From Candidatus Methylomirabilis sp. (GTDB lineage Bacteria > Methylomirabilota > Methylomirabilia > Methylomirabilales > Methylomirabilaceae), in contig JBGQJI010000023.1 of the NCBI GenBank assembly GCA_041498975.1, positions 1-26,008 of the forward strand: a stretch of DNA of 26,008 bases, read 5' to 3'. The first letter of the stretch is position 1; every line of letters starts with the position of its first letter. Under the pieces are notes generated by a model. That model ran no database searches and had not been told where the DNA came from. It saw nothing but the letters and a program-made list of their open reading frames with translations. Made by a program: the position numbers and the translations under genes. This document shows positions 24,551 through 26,008 of the stretch, in pieces.

Positions 24551-25366
24551 ATGAATCGAGGTATCCCGAACCGAATTGTGTCGCTGACCTGCAGCAACAC
24601 CGAGATCCTGTTTGCGCTCGGGATCGGCGATCGGGTGGTTGGGGTGGATGATTGGTCTGACTTCCCCCCGCAGGTTGAGAGCCTGTCAAAGGTTGGCCCC
24701 GACCTGAAGATCGACATGGCGAGGGTGGCCGCCCTGGATCCGGACCTGATTCTGGCTTCCCTCAGCGTGCCAGGGATGGAGCGGAACATTCCGGCCGTCG
24801 AGCGTCTGGGCGTGCCGTTTCTGGTCTTGAATCCGAAAAGCCTGGAAGAGGTTCTCACGGATATCGAGACGGTCGGCGAAGCGACCGGAGTGCCAGAGAA
24901 TGCGCGCCGCCTGATCGCCGGCCTTCAGAGTCGGATCGCGGTGGCCCGGACGCGGGCGCAGGGGGCGGCTCACCGGCCAACGGTGTACTGGGAGTGGTGG
25001 CCGAAGCCGCTCATCAGCCCCGGCCGGCAGAGCTGGATCGTCCAGATGAGCGAGTTGGCCGCAGCCGACCTGCTCTTCAAAGATGTCGAGGCGAGCAGCG
25101 TTGTCGTCAACGAATCGGAGGTCTTGGAGCGAGACCCGGACCATGTGATCCTTTGTTGGTGTGGGACGCTACAAAGGAAGATGGATGTGTCGAAGGTCGC
25201 GGCGCGGCCCGGTTGGGAGCGACTGCGAGCGGTGAAGGCCGGACAGGTTCACTGTTTTCCGGAGGAGCTCTTCGGCCGCCCCGGACCGCGGCTTGTTGAG
25301 GGTCTGGAACGGCTGGCACGGATCGTCCATCCGGAGGTGTTCGTCGAGACGGCTATGGTCCGTTAG
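24551..25366 (+). CDS. BtuF-like cobalamin/iron-chelate-binding protein
   Basis: RIVSLTCSNTEILFALG, VVGVDDWSDFP, LDPDLIL, RPGPRLVEGLE. Confidence 0.85.
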   Translation: MNRGIPNRIVSLTCSNTEILFALGIGDRVVGVDDWSDFPPQVESLSKVGPDLKIDMARVAALDPDLILASLSVPGMERNIPAVERLGVPFLVLNPKSLEEVLTDIETVGEATGVPENARRLIAGLQSRIAVARTRAQGAAHRPTVYWEWWPKPLISPGRQSWIVQMSELAAADLLFKDVEASSVVVNESEVLERDPDHVILCWCGTLQRKMDVSKVAARPGWERLRAVKAGQVHCFPEELFGRPGPRLVEGLERLARIVHPEVFVETAMVR

Positions 25367-25438
25367 CGGAGGTGGGGAGATGTACAAAGACCGCTTACGC
25401 CTAGTCGTAACAAGCGCAATAAGTGCTGTCACGTTGAT

Positions 25439-25524
25439 GTCATTGCGAGCGACCGACGGGAGCGCGGCAATCTCACCGTCCTTTCACTGCGAGATTGCTT
25501 CATCGCTCCGCTCCTCGCAATGAC
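25439..25524. repeat. REP-like inverted pair
   Basis: GTCATTGCGAG..GCAATCTC (25439-25474) / GAGATTGC..CTCGCAATGAC (25491-25524). Confidence 0.8.
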
Positions 25525-25633
25525 GCACGTGAGGGGGACTTTCGAAGCAATGACACGGGCGAAGGGGATTCTCTAAGCAACGATGCTTCCCTTCATGCGT
25601 CTATATTAGGAAGGTCCTCTCGGAGGCGTGCAA

Positions 25634-26008
25634 GTGACACAATCGAGCCTGTACCTGAAACAGGTTGAATTGGGCCAGATGGCCAACTATGTCTACCTCA
25701 TCGGCTCGACCAAGACGAAAGAGGTTGCCGTGGTCGATCCTGCCTGGGAGATCGACCGGATCGTGGACCTCGCCCAGGCTGATGAGATGCGGATCACCCA
25801 CATCCTTGTCACCCACACCCATCCGGATCATGTGGGCGGCAAGCTGTTCGGGCTGGAGATCCAGGGGGTTGCGGAACTCCTCGAACGGGTGGACGCCAAG
25901 GTCGTGATCAACAAGGCCGAGGCCGGGTATCTCACGCCACTGTCTGGGGCGAACATCGTGCGCGCGGACAATGGGCACACCCTGCACCTGGGCGACGTCA
26001 CGATCACC
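25634..26008 (+). CDS. MBL-fold metallo-hydrolase, glyoxalase II-like (partial)
   Basis: Manual translation: MTQSSLYLKQVELGQMANYVYLIG...AVVDPAW...ILVTHTHPDHVGG (HxHxDH). GGAGG RBS; open to the window end. Confidence 0.9.
   Translation, partial: MTQSSLYLKQVELGQMANYVYLIGSTKTKEVAVVDPAWEIDRIVDLAQADEMRITHILVTHTHPDHVGGKLFGLEIQGVAELLERVDAKVVINKAEAGYLTPLSGANIVRADNGHTLHLGDVTIT

Noticed and set aside
2672..25987. Long antisense or alternate-frame ORFs (e.g. 2672-3610, 8265-9323, 11881-12753, 15343-16212, 22480-23331) and over-extended starts (5976, 9581, 10109, 16152)
   Set aside because: These are shadows of well-supported genes in GC-rich DNA, with no recognisable motifs or better start signals.

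Overview
A 26 kb GC-rich bacterial chromosomal segment from a probable diderm (it encodes a porin). Lineage cannot be determined from the sequence; a Methylomirabilota/Nitrospirota/Desulfobacterota-like origin is only a guess. Order: partial OmpR/PhoB-type response regulator and a small exported protein (minus strand); a Mo/W uptake cluster (ModE box, HTH-only ModE, Mop/TOBE, tupA, OprO/P-type porin, MOT1-family transporter, tupB, tupC); DUF465-moaC-acuC; a zinc-ribbon protein; an accessory island with a DUF1566 (C-type-lectin-like) exported protein, a REP-flanked GIY-YIG nuclease and an orphan AAC-rich second copy of the DUF1566 3' end; selA-tmk-holB-yaaT/PSP1-metG-tatD; an unannotated 58-aa zinc-ribbon gene with a long structured leader; an OsmC-family gene with an in-frame UGA and SECIS-like hairpin (probable selenoprotein); a methionine cluster (stand-alone Hcy methyltransferase, split MetE, pteridine reductase-like SDR, BtuF-like protein); and a partial MBL-fold hydrolase. 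Most notable: the DGR-like DUF1566 locus entangled with a GIY-YIG/REP cassette and a poly-G promoter spacer, the OsmC selenoprotein, and the combined Mo/W uptake operon. All calls come from manual reading; no database searches were run.
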